Notes: generated from the sequence alone by a model not told the origin. A stretch of 64,000 nt of DNA from Alphaproteobacteria bacterium (GCA_964291675.2 OZ219866.1:1088001-1152000); one strand, 5' to 3'. Shown: positions 8,670 through 20,645, numbered from the stretch's first letter. Made by a program: numbers and translations.

Positions 8670-10526
8670 ATGTCGAACGAAGCAGCCGCCGACCAGCAGG
8701 TGGCGGAGATCTCCCCCGCAGCGGTCGGGGGAGAGAATTTCGCGAGCATGCTCGAGGAGAGCTTCGCGGAGCGCGAGCCCGCCGAGGGCTCGGTGGTCAA
8801 GGGGATCGTGATCAGCATCGAGAACGACTCGGCGCTCGTCGATGTCGGGCTCAAATCCGAGGGGCGGGTGGCGCTCAAGGAGTTCGCCGCGCCGGGCCAG
8901 GAGCCGGAGCTCAAGGTCGGCGACTCGGTGGATGTCTATCTGGAGCGCATGGAGGACCGCAACGGCGAGGCGGTGCTGTCGCGCGAGAGGGCGCGCCGCG
9001 AGGAGGCGTGGACCTTGCTGGAGAAGGCGTTCAACGCCGGCGAGCGGGTCAGCGGTACGATCTTCGGCCGGGTCAAGGGCGGCTTCACCGTCGACCTGTC
9101 GGGCGCGGTCGCGTTCCTGCCGGGCAGCCAGGTCGATGTCCGCCCGGTGCGCGACGTCTCGCCGCTGATGGGCACGCCGCAGCCCTTCCAGATCCTCAAG
9201 ATGGACCGGCGCCGCGGCAATATCGTGGTGTCGCGCCGCGCGGTGCTCGAGGAATCGCGCGCCGAGGCGCGCAACGAGCTGCTCGCCAATCTCAAGGAGC
9301 GCCAGATCCTCGAAGGGATCGTCAAGAACATCACCGATTACGGCGCCTTCGTCGATCTCGGCGGGGTCGACGGGCTGCTGCACGTCACCGATATCGCCTG
9401 GCGGCGCATCAACCATCCGAGCGACGCGCTCTCCATCGGCCAGACCGTCAAGGTGCAGGTCATCCGCTACAACCCGGAGACCCAGCGCATCTCGCTCGGC
9501 ATGAAGCAGCTCGAGGCCGATCCCTGGGACGGCGTCGAGCACAAATATCCGGTCGGCGTCAAGTTCACCGGACGGGTCAGCAACATCACCGATTACGGCG
9601 CCTTCGTCGAGCTGGAGCCCGGCGTCGAGGGGCTGGTGCATGTCTCGGAGATGAGCTGGACCAAGAAGAACGTCCATCCCGGCAAGATCGTCTCGACCAG
9701 CCAGGAGGTCGAGGTGATGGTGCTGGAGGTCGATCCCAACAAGCGCCGCGTCTCGCTCGGCATCAAGCAGTGCCGCGAGAACCCGTGGGACCATTTCCTG
9801 GAGCACCACCCGGTGGGGTCGGTGATCGACGGCGAGGTCAAGAACATCACCGAGTTCGGCCTGTTCATCGGCCTCGACAGCGAGATCGACGGCATGGTGC
9901 ACCTCTCCGACATCGACTGGTCCAGGCCCGGCGAAGAGGCGTTGCGCGGCTACAAGAAGGGCGATCTGGTGAAGGCCCGGGTGCTCGACGTCGATCCCGA
10001 GCGGGAACGCATCTCGCTCGGCATCAAGCAGCTCGAGGAAGACAAGTTCGAGGTCGCGCTGGAGAACGTCAAGCGGGGCGACGTGCTCACCTGCACGGTC
10101 TCGCAGATCGTGGACAATGGCGTCGAGGTCACGGTGGCGGGCGGGCTGCCCGGCTTCATCCGCCGGGCGGAGCTGGCGCGCGACCGCGCCGATCAGCGCC
10201 CCGACCGCTTCGCGCCGGGCGACCGGGTCGATGCCCGGGTCACCAATATCGACCGCCGCGACCGCAAGCTCACGCTGTCGATCAAGGCGCAGGAGGTGGC
10301 CGAGGAGAAGCAGGCGATGGCCGAGTTCGGCTCGTCCGATTCCGGCGCCAGCCTGGGCGACATCCTGGGTGCGGCGATCAGCCGCGCCAACCGCGAGCGC
10401 GCCGAGCGCGAGGCCGCCGAGGCGGAAACCGGGGGCGACGACGCGCCGGAGGCCGAAATCGAAGCCGCCGCTCCGGAAGAGGAAGCAGCTGCCGAGGGCG
10501 GCGCGGCGGCGGACAAGGACGGCTGA
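8670..10526 (+). CDS. rpsA: 30S ribosomal protein S1
   Basis: Repeated S1 domains (VDVGLKSEG, KNITDYGAFVDLGG, GLVHVSEMSW); acidic tail. Confidence 0.98.
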   Translation: MSNEAAADQQVAEISPAAVGGENFASMLEESFAEREPAEGSVVKGIVISIENDSALVDVGLKSEGRVALKEFAAPGQEPELKVGDSVDVYLERMEDRNGEAVLSRERARREEAWTLLEKAFNAGERVSGTIFGRVKGGFTVDLSGAVAFLPGSQVDVRPVRDVSPLMGTPQPFQILKMDRRRGNIVVSRRAVLEESRAEARNELLANLKERQILEGIVKNITDYGAFVDLGGVDGLLHVTDIAWRRINHPSDALSIGQTVKVQVIRYNPETQRISLGMKQLEADPWDGVEHKYPVGVKFTGRVSNITDYGAFVELEPGVEGLVHVSEMSWTKKNVHPGKIVSTSQEVEVMVLEVDPNKRRVSLGIKQCRENPWDHFLEHHPVGSVIDGEVKNITEFGLFIGLDSEIDGMVHLSDIDWSRPGEEALRGYKKGDLVKARVLDVDPERERISLGIKQLEEDKFEVALENVKRGDVLTCTVSQIVDNGVEVTVAGGLPGFIRRAELARDRADQRPDRFAPGDRVDARVTNIDRRDRKLTLSIKAQEVAEEKQAMAEFGSSDSGASLGDILGAAISRANRERAEREAAEAETGGDDAPEAEIEAAAPEEEAAAEGGAAADKDG

Positions 10527-10566
10527 GCCGCGGAGCGGCGGCTGAGCCCCGCAAGGCGGGCGAGGC

Positions 10567-11481
10567 ATGGCGCTCGACGCGGACTACCTCATCGACCGGC
10601 GGCGCCTGAAGCGGCGGCTGTCGTTCTGGCGCGGGCTCGGCATCCTCGCCGTCCTGCTCGCCGCGCTCGCTGCGTTCGGCCGCTTCTCGGATTTCGGCAG
10701 CCGCGACTATGTCGCCCGCCACAGCGTCAGCGGGCTGATTACCGACGACCCGAGGCGCCACCGCAGCCTCGCCGCGATCGCCGGCGACGACGACGCGCGG
10801 GCGCTGATCGTGCGCATCGACAGCCCGGGCGGCACGCTCGCCGGGGGCGAGGCGCTGTACCGTTCGCTGCGCGCCGTAGCCGGGAAGAAGCCGGTGGTCG
10901 CCGTCCTCGGCGGGGTCGCGACATCGGCCGGCTACATGGCGGCGATCGCGGCGGACCGGCTGGTCGCGCGGCGCAGCACGATTACCGGCTCGATCGGCGT
11001 GGTCATGCACATGACCGAGATCTCCGGCCTGCTGGAGACCCTCGGGGTCGGCGCCGAGACCATCCGCAGCGGCCCGCTCAAGGCGATGCCGTCGGGCTTC
11101 GAGAAGCTGAGCGACGACGGCCGGCGGGTCTTGCAGGCGCTGATCGCCGACGGCCACGCGATGTTCCTCGATCTGGTCGCCGAGCGGCGCGCGCTCGACG
11201 ATGCAGCGCTGACCAGCGTCGCCGACGGCCGCGTGCTGACCGGGCGGCAGGCGCTGGAGGCCGGGCTGGTCGACGCGATCGGCGGCGAGACGGAGGCCCT
11301 CGCCTGGCTGGAGAGCGAGAAGGGAGTCGCCCGCGGCCTGCCGGTTCGCGATGTCGGCGGCGGCGGCGGCCGGCTCGCCAGGATGCTCGACCGGGCGGCG
11401 GCGCTGGGCGAAAGAACGATTTTCTCTGAACGACTTACGCTTGACGGTCTGGTGTCGGTCTGGCACGCTCAACTCCGCTGA
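10567..11481 (+). CDS. sppA: signal peptide peptidase SppA (S49)
   Basis: RIDSPGG, ATSAGY, TGSIGV, DGRVLTGRQA...GLVD. Confidence 0.92.
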   Translation: MALDADYLIDRRRLKRRLSFWRGLGILAVLLAALAAFGRFSDFGSRDYVARHSVSGLITDDPRRHRSLAAIAGDDDARALIVRIDSPGGTLAGGEALYRSLRAVAGKKPVVAVLGGVATSAGYMAAIAADRLVARRSTITGSIGVVMHMTEISGLLETLGVGAETIRSGPLKAMPSGFEKLSDDGRRVLQALIADGHAMFLDLVAERRALDDAALTSVADGRVLTGRQALEAGLVDAIGGETEALAWLESEKGVARGLPVRDVGGGGGRLARMLDRAAALGERTIFSERLTLDGLVSVWHAQLR

Positions 11482-11568
11482 CGGGTCTCGATGATCGCCG
11501 TCGGCCGCCCGCCCCGGGGGGTCGCTTGAAGGCGGCAGGGGGCGGAAGGAGTCGGGGAACGGCGGCGG

Positions 11569-11853
11569 ATGACCAAGTCCGAGTTGATCCAGCGTCTGGC
11601 TGACCAGAATCCGAACCTGTTCCGGCGCGACATCGAGCGCATCGTTACCACCATCTTCGACGAGATTTCCTACGCGCTGTATCGCGGCGGGCGGGTCGAG
11701 CTGCGCGGCTTCGGCGCGTTCTCCGTCAAGGAGCGGGCGGAGCGGGTGGGGCGCAATCCGCGCACCGGCAAATCGGTCAATGTCGAGAAGAAATACGTGC
11801 CGTTCTTCAAGGCCGGCAAGGATTTGCGCGACCGGCTGAACGCGGACTCCTGA
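11569..11853 (+). CDS. ihfB: integration host factor subunit beta
   Basis: [39 protein letters not shown]. Confidence 0.96.
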   Translation: MTKSELIQRLADQNPNLFRRDIERIVTTIFDEISYALYRGGRVELRGFGAFSVKERAERVGRNPRTGKSVNVEKKYVPFFKAGKDLRDRLNADS

Positions 11854-11896
11854 GAAGCGGCGCCGGCGTCGCGGCGGGTCGCGGGCGAGACCGCGG

Positions 11897-12271
11897 ATGA
11901 AACTGATCTCAAGGCTGCTGTTTATTCCCGTCGCGGCGGCGTTCGTCGTGTTCGCCGTCGCCAACCGCCACGCGGTGACGCTGAACCTTTGGCCGCTGCC
12001 GCTGGAGGTGGATCTTCCGGTCTATATCGCGGTGCTCGGCGCGCTCGCCGCCGGCATGGCCATCGGCGGCTCCGCGCAATGGATCTCCGACGGCAGGTGG
12101 CGCCGCCGCGCGCGCGCCGGCAGGCGCAAGGCGAGCGCGCTGGAGCGCCGGCTCACTTTGGTCGAGGCGGCGCGCGAGGCCGGCCACGAGGCGGGCGCAG
12201 CCGCCCCGGAGGCGCCGCCGAAGCGCCCGCGCCTGCCCCGGTTCCGCCTGAAGCCGCGGGATCCGGCATGA
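11897..12271 (+). CDS. LapA (lipopolysaccharide assembly protein A) domain protein
   Basis: FAVANRHAV.L.LWP, two hydrophobic segments, position after ihfB. Confidence 0.8.
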   Translation: MKLISRLLFIPVAAAFVVFAVANRHAVTLNLWPLPLEVDLPVYIAVLGALAAGMAIGGSAQWISDGRWRRRARAGRRKASALERRLTLVEAAREAGHEAGAAAPEAPPKRPRLPRFRLKPRDPA

Positions 12272-12915
12272 CGGTGCGGGTCAAGATCTGCGGCGTGAGC
12301 ACGCCGGACATCCTCGCCGCCGCGGTCGCCGGCGGCGCCGGCGATGTCGGGCTGGTGTTCTTCCCGCGCTCGCCGCGCAACGTGTCGGCGGACGAGGCCG
12401 CTTCGCTTGCCGCCGCCGCGCCGGCGCATGTCACCGTGGTCGGGCTGTTCGTCGACCCGCCGGACGAGGCGCTGGACGAGGTGCTGTCGGTCGCCCGGCT
12501 CGACCTCCTGCAACTGCACGGCAGCGAGCCGCCCGACCGGGTCGCCGCCATCAAGCGGCGCACCGGCAAGCCGGTGATGAAGGCGATCAAGGTCGCCGAG
12601 CGCGCCGATCTCGACGCCGCACTGCGCTATGGCGGGATCGCCGACCGGCTGCTGTTCGACGCCAAGGCGCCGTCGACCGAGGGACGGTTCATGCCGGGCG
12701 GCAACGCGCTCAGCTTCGACTGGCGCATGCTGGCCGGGCGGTCCTGGCCCTGCCCGTGGATGCTCTCGGGCGGGCTCACGCCGGAGACCGTGGCCGAGGC
12801 GATCCGGACGAGCGGCGCGCCGGGCGTTGATGTATCTTCCGGCGTCGAGACCGCGCCCGGCGTCAAGGACGCTTCACGTATCGCCGCCTTCATCGCGGCG
12901 GCGTCGGGCGCCTGA
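12268..12915 (+). CDS. trpF: phosphoribosylanthranilate isomerase
   Basis: VKICG, SPRNV, QLHGSE, LFDA, GGNALSFDW, LSGGL, DVSSGVE. Confidence 0.96.
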   Translation: MTVRVKICGVSTPDILAAAVAGGAGDVGLVFFPRSPRNVSADEAASLAAAAPAHVTVVGLFVDPPDEALDEVLSVARLDLLQLHGSEPPDRVAAIKRRTGKPVMKAIKVAERADLDAALRYGGIADRLLFDAKAPSTEGRFMPGGNALSFDWRMLAGRSWPCPWMLSGGLTPETVAEAIRTSGAPGVDVSSGVETAPGVKDASRIAAFIAAASGA

Positions 12916-12927
12916 GGGGCAGTGGTC

Positions 12928-14135
<1,208 letters not shown>

Positions 14136-14139
<4 letters not shown>

Positions 14140-14993
14140 GCGGCGGGCGCGCGCGCATCGCCCGGCGTTTCCGGGCGCTCGCGGCGGAGCGGCGGTCGGC
14201 CTTCATCCCGTTCATCTCCGCCGGCGACCCGGACCGCGAGACCTCGCAGGCCATCCTCTCCCGCCTGCCCGGGCTCGGCGCCGATCTGATCGAGCTCGGC
14301 ATGCCGTTCAGCGACCCGATGGCCGACGGCCCGTCGATCCAGGCGGCCGGGGAGCGCGCGCTTGCGGCCGGCCAGACCATGGCCGACACGCTCGCCATGG
14401 CGGCGTCCTTCCGCGCCGCCGACGCCGGGACGCCGCTGGTGCTGATGGGCTATTTCAACCCGATCTACCGCTACGGCGCCGAGGCGTTCGCGGCCGATGC
14501 CAGCGCCGCCGGGGTGGACGGGCTGATCGTGGTCGACCTGCCGCCCGAGGAGGACGCGGAACTGCGCATCCCGGCCGAGGCGGCGGGGCTCGCCCTGATC
14601 CGCCTGGTCGCGCCGACCACCGACGACGCCAGGCTCGGGCGCATCCTCGCCGGCTGCGACGGCTTCGTCTACTACGTCTCGGTGACCGGGATCACCGGCA
14701 CCAAGTCGGCGATGACCGACGAGGTGGCGGCGGGGCTTGAAAGGGTCCGCAGGGCGACCGATCTTCCAGTCGCGGTCGGGTTCGGCGTGCGCAATGCCGG
14801 CCAGGCGGCGGAGATCGCCGGCTTCGCCGATGCCGTGGTGGTCGGCTCGGCGATCGTGCAGCGGATCGAGGCGAGCCTGGCCGACGGGAAGGCGGCGAGC
14901 GGCACGATCCCGGCGGTCGAGGCGCTGGTCCGCGAGCTGGCCGGCGGGGTGCGCGACGGAAGGCGGGGCAACGGCGGAGGCGCCGACGGATGA
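14136..14993 (+). CDS. trpA: tryptophan synthase alpha chain
   Basis: GTG start overlapping trpB stop; [37 protein letters not shown]. Confidence 0.96.
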
Positions 14994-15907
14994 ACTGGCT
15001 CACCAACATCCCGCCCAAGATCCGCGCTTTGGTGGGCGGCACGCGGCAGGAGGTTCCCGAGCATCTGTGGGAGAAATGCCCGCAATGCGAGCAGATGATC
15101 TTCCACCGCGAGCTCGAAGCCGCCCTGCATGTGTGCTCGCATTGCGGCCATCACATGCGGCTCGATGCGGCAAAGCGCATCGCCTCGATCCTCGATCCCG
15201 ACGGCCGCGAGACGCTCGACCTCGCGCCCTGCGTGTCCGACCCGCTCAGGTTCCGCGACCGCAAGCGCTACTCCGAGCGCCTGCGCGAGAACCGCGGCGC
15301 GACCGGCGGCGAGGACGCGATCGCGGTCGCCGCCGGCACGCTCGGCGGCACGCCCGCGGTGGTGGCGGCGTTCGATTTCCGCTTCATGGGCGGCTCGATG
15401 GGGATCGCCGTCGGCAACGGCATCCTGGCCGCCGCCGACCGCGCGGTGGCCGACCGGGCGGCGCTGATCGTGTTCCCCTCCTCGGGCGGCGCGCGCATGC
15501 AGGAGGGCATATTGTCGCTGGTGCAGATGCCGCGCACCGCCATCGCCATCGAGCGGGTCAAAGGGGCCGGGCTGCCCTATATCGTCGTGCTGACCGACCC
15601 CACCACCGGCGGCGTCTCGGCCTCGTTTGCGATGCTGGGCGACATCGCCATCGCCGAGCCGGGGGCGGTGATCGGCTTCGCCGGGCGGCGGGTGATCGAG
15701 GAGACCATCCGCGAGACCCTGCCGGAGAACTTTCAGCGCGCCGAGTATCTGCTGGAACACGGCATGGTCGACATGGTGGTGCCGCGCGGCGAGCTGCGCG
15801 AGACCCTCGCCGATCTGATCGACATGACGATGAACCCGCTCGCCCCGGCGAATGGCGGGGACGACGGGGAGCTCGCCGCGCCGGCGGTCGCCGCCCTTGC
15901 CGAGTGA
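14990..15907 (+). CDS. accD: acetyl-CoA carboxylase carboxyltransferase beta
   Basis: WEKCPQC...CSHC zinc finger, FMGGSMG, SGGARMQEG, PTTGGVSASFA. Confidence 0.97.
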   Translation: MNWLTNIPPKIRALVGGTRQEVPEHLWEKCPQCEQMIFHRELEAALHVCSHCGHHMRLDAAKRIASILDPDGRETLDLAPCVSDPLRFRDRKRYSERLRENRGATGGEDAIAVAAGTLGGTPAVVAAFDFRFMGGSMGIAVGNGILAAADRAVADRAALIVFPSSGGARMQEGILSLVQMPRTAIAIERVKGAGLPYIVVLTDPTTGGVSASFAMLGDIAIAEPGAVIGFAGRRVIEETIRETLPENFQRAEYLLEHGMVDMVVPRGELRETLADLIDMTMNPLAPANGGDDGELAAPAVAALAE

Positions 15908-17174
15908 CGCCGTTCTCGAACGGCTGACCCGCCTCCACCCCAAGCTCATCGACCTCGGCCTCGACCGGATCGAGCGTCTGCTCGCCGCGCTCGGCAACCC
16001 GGAGCGCCGCCTGCCCCCGGTCGTGCATGTCGCCGGCACCAACGGCAAGGGCTCGGCGATCGCCTTTCTCAAGGCGATCTGCGAGGCGGCCGGGTTGACC
16101 GCGCATGTCTATGTCTCGCCGCATCTGATCCGCTTCGCCGAGCGCATCGCGCTCTGCGGCCGGCCGATCGGCGAGGCGCCGCTGGAGGACGCGCTCGCCG
16201 CCTGCGAGACCGCCAATGGCGGCGCCCCGATCACCTTCTTCGAGATCACCACGGCGGCGGCCTTCCTCGCCTTCTCCCGGGTGCCGGCCGACATCGCGCT
16301 GATCGAGACCGGGCTCGGCGGACGCTTCGACGCGACCAACGTGCTCGCCCGCCCGGCGCTCACGGTGATCACCCCGATCTCCCGCGACCACGTCCACTTC
16401 CTCGGCGAAACGATCCCGGAGATCGCCTTCGAGAAGGCCGGCATCCTGAAGCCGGGCGTCCCCGCCGTGATCGGGAAGCAGCTCCCGGAGGCATCCGCCA
16501 CCATCGCCGCCCGCGCCGGCGAGATCGGCGCGCCGCTCCGGCGCCACGGCGCGGAATGGGAATGCGACGGCCGGTCCTATCGCGACGCGGAGGGCGAGTT
16601 GCGGATCCCGCCGCCCGGACTCGCCGGCGCGCACCAGCTCGACAACGCGGGCATCGCCGTCGCGGCGGCACGCGCCCTGGGCTGGCCGGCGCTCGACGAG
16701 CAGGCAATCCGGGCCGGCATCGCCGCCGCGAGCTGGCCCGGCCGGTTGCAGCGCCTCCAGGGCGGCGCGCTCTCCGCCCGCCTCGGTCCGGGCTGGGAGC
16801 TCTGGGTCGACGGCGGCCACAACCCCGCCGCCGCCGAGGCGCTCGCCCGGGTCGCCGCGAGCTGGGCGGACCGCAAGCTGCATCTGGTGATGGGGCATCT
16901 GGCGGTGCGCCCGGCGGCGGACTTCCTCGCCCCGCTGGCACCCCGGATCGCGAGCTTCCGCGGCGTGCCGGTGCCGGGCGCCTATGCCTGCCACGACGCG
17001 GAAGCGCTCGCCGAGGCGGCGCGCGGCATGGGGCTCGCGGCATCGGCATCGGGCGACGTGGCCCACGCCCTCGACGCCATCGCCGCCGCCGCCCCCGCCC
17101 CGGCGCGGGTGCTCGTCTGCGGCTCGCTCTACCTCGCCGGCAGCGTGCTGGCCGAGGAGGGGGTAGGGGCGTGA
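15897..17174 (+). CDS. folC: folylpolyglutamate/dihydrofolate synthase
   Basis: HVAGTNGKGS, SPHL, TFFE, ETGLGGRFDATN, WPGR, DGGHN, CGSLYL; TTG start inferred. Confidence 0.95.
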   Translation: MPSDAVLERLTRLHPKLIDLGLDRIERLLAALGNPERRLPPVVHVAGTNGKGSAIAFLKAICEAAGLTAHVYVSPHLIRFAERIALCGRPIGEAPLEDALAACETANGGAPITFFEITTAAAFLAFSRVPADIALIETGLGGRFDATNVLARPALTVITPISRDHVHFLGETIPEIAFEKAGILKPGVPAVIGKQLPEASATIAARAGEIGAPLRRHGAEWECDGRSYRDAEGELRIPPPGLAGAHQLDNAGIAVAAARALGWPALDEQAIRAGIAAASWPGRLQRLQGGALSARLGPGWELWVDGGHNPAAAEALARVAASWADRKLHLVMGHLAVRPAADFLAPLAPRIASFRGVPVPGAYACHDAEALAEAARGMGLAASASGDVAHALDAIAAAAPAPARVLVCGSLYLAGSVLAEEGVGA

Positions 17175-17228
17175 TCCGTCCGTCGATACGCCGCGCCGCA
17201 AATGCCAGGACCGCCCCCGCCCCTCACC

Positions 17229-17275
17229 GTCACGCCCGGCCCCCGGATCGAGTCCGGGGGTGATCCGGGCATCCA
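17229..17275. repeat. REP-like palindromic element (nested)
   Basis: GTCACGCCCGG[CCCCCGGATCGAGTCCGGGGG]TGATCCGGGCATCCA; inner core recurs at 35376-35396. Confidence 0.6.
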
Positions 17276-17345
17276 TGGGCCGGACGCGCGCTCGACAAGG
17301 GCGGCGCCGTTTTGCATCCTGCATCCGGGCCGGATGGAGGGGAAT

Positions 17346-20111
17346 ATGGCGGAGACCGCAGGACAGGGCGCCGAGCCGGTCTATCTGGTCGACGGCTCGG
17401 GATACATCTTCCGCGCCTTCTACGGCCTGCCGCCGATGACCAACCCCGAGGGGGTGCCGGTCAACGCGGTGTTCGGCTTCTCCAAGATGCTGGCGAAGCT
17501 CCTGAGCGATGCCGGGACCCGGCGCTTCGCGGTGATCTTCGATACCGCCCGGGTCTCGTTCCGCAACGACATCTTCCCCGAATACAAGGCGAACCGGAGC
17601 GACCCGCCGGAAGAGCTGGTGCCGCAGTTCGCGCTGATCCGCGAGGCGACGCGCGCCTTCAACGTCCCCTGCATCGAGCTTGCGGGGTTCGAGGCCGACG
17701 ACCTGATCGCCACCTTCGCCCGCAAGGCGCGCGAGGAGGGCCACGAGGTGGTGATCGTGTCCTCGGACAAGGATCTGATGCAGCTCGTGGGCGACGGCGT
17801 CTCGATGCTCGATCCCGCCAAGAACCTGACCATCGGGCGCGAGGAAGTGATCGAGCGCTTCGGCGTCGGGCCGGAGAACGTGATCGACGTGCAGGCGCTC
17901 GCCGGCGATTCGACGGACAACGTCCCGGGCGTGCCGGGGATCGGGGTCAAGACCGCCGCCGAGCTGATCCGCAGCTACGGCGACCTCGACACGCTGCTCG
18001 AACGGGCCGGCGAGATCAAGCAGCCCAAGCGGCGCGAGAACCTGATCGGCCACGCCGGGATGGCGCGCATCTCGCGCGATTTGGTGACGCTCAGGATCGA
18101 CGCGCCGGTCGAGCACGCGGTGGACGATTTGATCGCCGTCCCGCCGGACCCCGCGACGCTCGGAGAGTTTTTGCGCACCCACGGCTTCAAGTCGATGCTG
18201 GCCCAGATGGGCGATTTGGTCGGCGCCCCGGGTGGAGCCGCCGCGGAAGCGGCGGAAGCGCCGCCGGCGGAGCGGGACTACACGCTGGTGACCGACGCGG
18301 CGGCGCTGGATCGCTGGATCGCCGAGGCGGTGCGCGCCGGCGCGGTCGCGGTCGACACCGAGACCACGTCGCTCGATTCCATGCGGGCGGAGCTGGTCGG
18401 CGTCTCGCTCTCGGTCGAGCCGGGGCGGGCGTGCTACGTCCCGCTCGCCCATGTGGCGCCGGGCGCGGCGGCGCCGGACCTGATCGAGGGCGCGCCCGAG
18501 GCGCCGCCGCAGATCCCGCTCGACGACGCGGTCCGTGCGCTGAAGCCGCTGCTAGAAGACCCGGGCGTGCTCAAGATCGGCCACAACATCAAGTACGACG
18601 CCGAGGTGCTGGCGCGCTACGGCATCGAGGTGGCGCCGGTCGACGACACGATGCTGCTGTCCTACGTGCTGGAGGCCGGGCTGCACGGCCACGGGCTGGA
18701 CGAGCTCTGCAAGCTCCATTTCGAGCACGTCAACATCAAGTTCTCCGACGTCGCGGGGTCGGGGCGGAACGCGGTGACCTTCGCCGAGGTGCCGCTGGAC
18801 GCGGCGCGCGACTACGCGGCCGAGGACGCCGACATGACGCTCCGGCTGCACCGACGGCTAAAACCCCGGCTGGTCGCCGACCGCATGGCGACCGTCTACG
18901 AGACCCTGGAGCGTCCGCTGGTCGGCGTGCTGGCCGGGATGGAGCGCGCCGGAATCCGGGTCGACGCCTCGGTGCTGGCGGCGCTCTCGCGCGACTTCGA
19001 GGAGCGCGGCGCGGCGCTCGCCGAACGGATCTGGCGCGAAGCCGGGCACGACTTCAATATCGGCTCGCCCAAACAGCTCGGCTCCGTGCTGTTCGAGGAG
19101 ATGGGGCTCGAAGGCGGCAAGAAGACCAAGCAGGGCGCCTACGGCACCGGCGCCGATGTGCTCGAAGGGCTCGCCGCCCAGGGCCACGCGCTCCCCCGCC
19201 TGGTGCTCGACTGGCGCCAGCTCGCCAAGCTGCGCAGCACCTATACCGAGGCGCTCGCCGAGGCGGTCAACCCGGCGACCGGGCGGGTGCACACCTCGTT
19301 CGGCCAGGCGATCGCCTCGACCGGGCGGCTGAGCTCGAACGACCCCAATCTGCAGAACATCCCGGTCCGCACCGGGGACGGGCGCAGGATCCGCGAGGCC
19401 TTCGTCGCCGCAGACGGCCGCACCCTGCTGTCGGCCGACTACTCGCAGATCGAGCTCCGCCTGCTCGCCCATGTCGCCGACATCGCGCCGCTGAAGCAGG
19501 CCTTCCACGAGGGCGCGGACATCCACGCGCGCACCGCGGGCGAGGTGTTCGGACTGCCCGTGGAAGGCATGGACCCGGCGGTCCGCAACCGCGCCAAGGC
19601 GATCAATTTCGGCATCATCTACGGCATCAGCCCGTTCGGCCTCGCCCGCCAGCTCGGCATCCCGCAGGGCGAGGCGAAGCGCTATATCGAGGCCTATTTC
19701 GAGCACTACCCCGGCATCCGCGACTACATGGAGGAGACCAAGGCGTTCGCGCGGGCCCACGGCTATGTGAGGACGGCGTTCGGGCGGCGCTGCCACACGC
19801 CGGCGATCGCCGACAAGAACCCGGCCAGGCGCAATTTCTCCGAACGCGCGGCGATCAACGCGCCGCTCCAGGGGGCGGCGGCGGACATCATCAAGCGCGC
19901 CATGATCCGCCTGCCGGGGGCGATCGAAGACGCCGGGCTCGGCGCCACCATGCTGCTCCAGGTGCATGACGAGCTGCTGTTCGAGGTGCCCGACGCGGAG
20001 CTCGCGGAGACCGCCGCCCTGGTGAGCCGCGTGATGGAGAGCGCCGCCCGCCTCAGCGTCCCGCTCACCGTCGAGACGGGGTCGGGCGGGAGCTGGGCCG
20101 CGGCGCATTAG
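17346..20111 (+). CDS. polA: DNA polymerase I
   Basis: YLVDGSGYIFRAF (5' exo), DTET (3' exo), TGRLSS, ADYSQIELR, AKAINFG, LQVHDEL. Confidence 0.98.
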   Translation: MAETAGQGAEPVYLVDGSGYIFRAFYGLPPMTNPEGVPVNAVFGFSKMLAKLLSDAGTRRFAVIFDTARVSFRNDIFPEYKANRSDPPEELVPQFALIREATRAFNVPCIELAGFEADDLIATFARKAREEGHEVVIVSSDKDLMQLVGDGVSMLDPAKNLTIGREEVIERFGVGPENVIDVQALAGDSTDNVPGVPGIGVKTAAELIRSYGDLDTLLERAGEIKQPKRRENLIGHAGMARISRDLVTLRIDAPVEHAVDDLIAVPPDPATLGEFLRTHGFKSMLAQMGDLVGAPGGAAAEAAEAPPAERDYTLVTDAAALDRWIAEAVRAGAVAVDTETTSLDSMRAELVGVSLSVEPGRACYVPLAHVAPGAAAPDLIEGAPEAPPQIPLDDAVRALKPLLEDPGVLKIGHNIKYDAEVLARYGIEVAPVDDTMLLSYVLEAGLHGHGLDELCKLHFEHVNIKFSDVAGSGRNAVTFAEVPLDAARDYAAEDADMTLRLHRRLKPRLVADRMATVYETLERPLVGVLAGMERAGIRVDASVLAALSRDFEERGAALAERIWREAGHDFNIGSPKQLGSVLFEEMGLEGGKKTKQGAYGTGADVLEGLAAQGHALPRLVLDWRQLAKLRSTYTEALAEAVNPATGRVHTSFGQAIASTGRLSSNDPNLQNIPVRTGDGRRIREAFVAADGRTLLSADYSQIELRLLAHVADIAPLKQAFHEGADIHARTAGEVFGLPVEGMDPAVRNRAKAINFGIIYGISPFGLARQLGIPQGEAKRYIEAYFEHYPGIRDYMEETKAFARAHGYVRTAFGRRCHTPAIADKNPARRNFSERAAINAPLQGAAADIIKRAMIRLPGAIEDAGLGATMLLQVHDELLFEVPDAELAETAALVSRVMESAARLSVPLTVETGSGGSWAAAH

Positions 20112-20144
20112 CGCGCGCCGGGAAGGCGTCGATCGACGTCCGGT

Positions 20145-20645
20145 TTCCGCGGGCGCGAGCAGGGTCGCGTTGCCCCCGGCCGCCGTCCTGTCCACGCATA
20201 GATGGCGTTCGACGACGTGGCGCTCCGGCGCGGACGAGTCCGCGATCGGGGGCGGGATCGGCCCCGCGCGCCGGGCCGGCGCGACGCGGATCGCGGCGAG
20301 GACATCCGGGTCGGCGCCGCAGGCGACGGCGGCGACACCCTCCGGCGTGGCGAGCATTTGCGGAAAAACCTGCCCGTCGAGGATCGCCGCATGCGGGTCC
20401 GGGGCGCGGCCGGCGAGGGCCGCCTCGATACCGTCGGCGACCGCGACCGCGGCATTGCCCGCGTCCCGGGCCGCCGCGCGCTGCCCGTCCGCCGCCTCCG
20501 CGCCCGGACCGAGGCAGAGGACCGCCCCCCGCGGCGCATAGGAGAGCAGGTTCGACTCGCCGGTCGCCTGGTGCGCGTATAAGCGGGCGAAATCGCACGC
20601 CTCGCGCAGCTCCGCCACGCAGCCCGCCCGGGTCTTGCCGGCCTC
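20145..20645 (-). pseudogene. putA: internally deleted remnant of bifunctional PutA (P5C dehydrogenase part)
   Basis: EAGKT...ELREACDFARLYA joined directly to TGESN...LCLGP...ERHLCVDRTAAGGNATLL; no normal start or stop. Confidence 0.75.
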
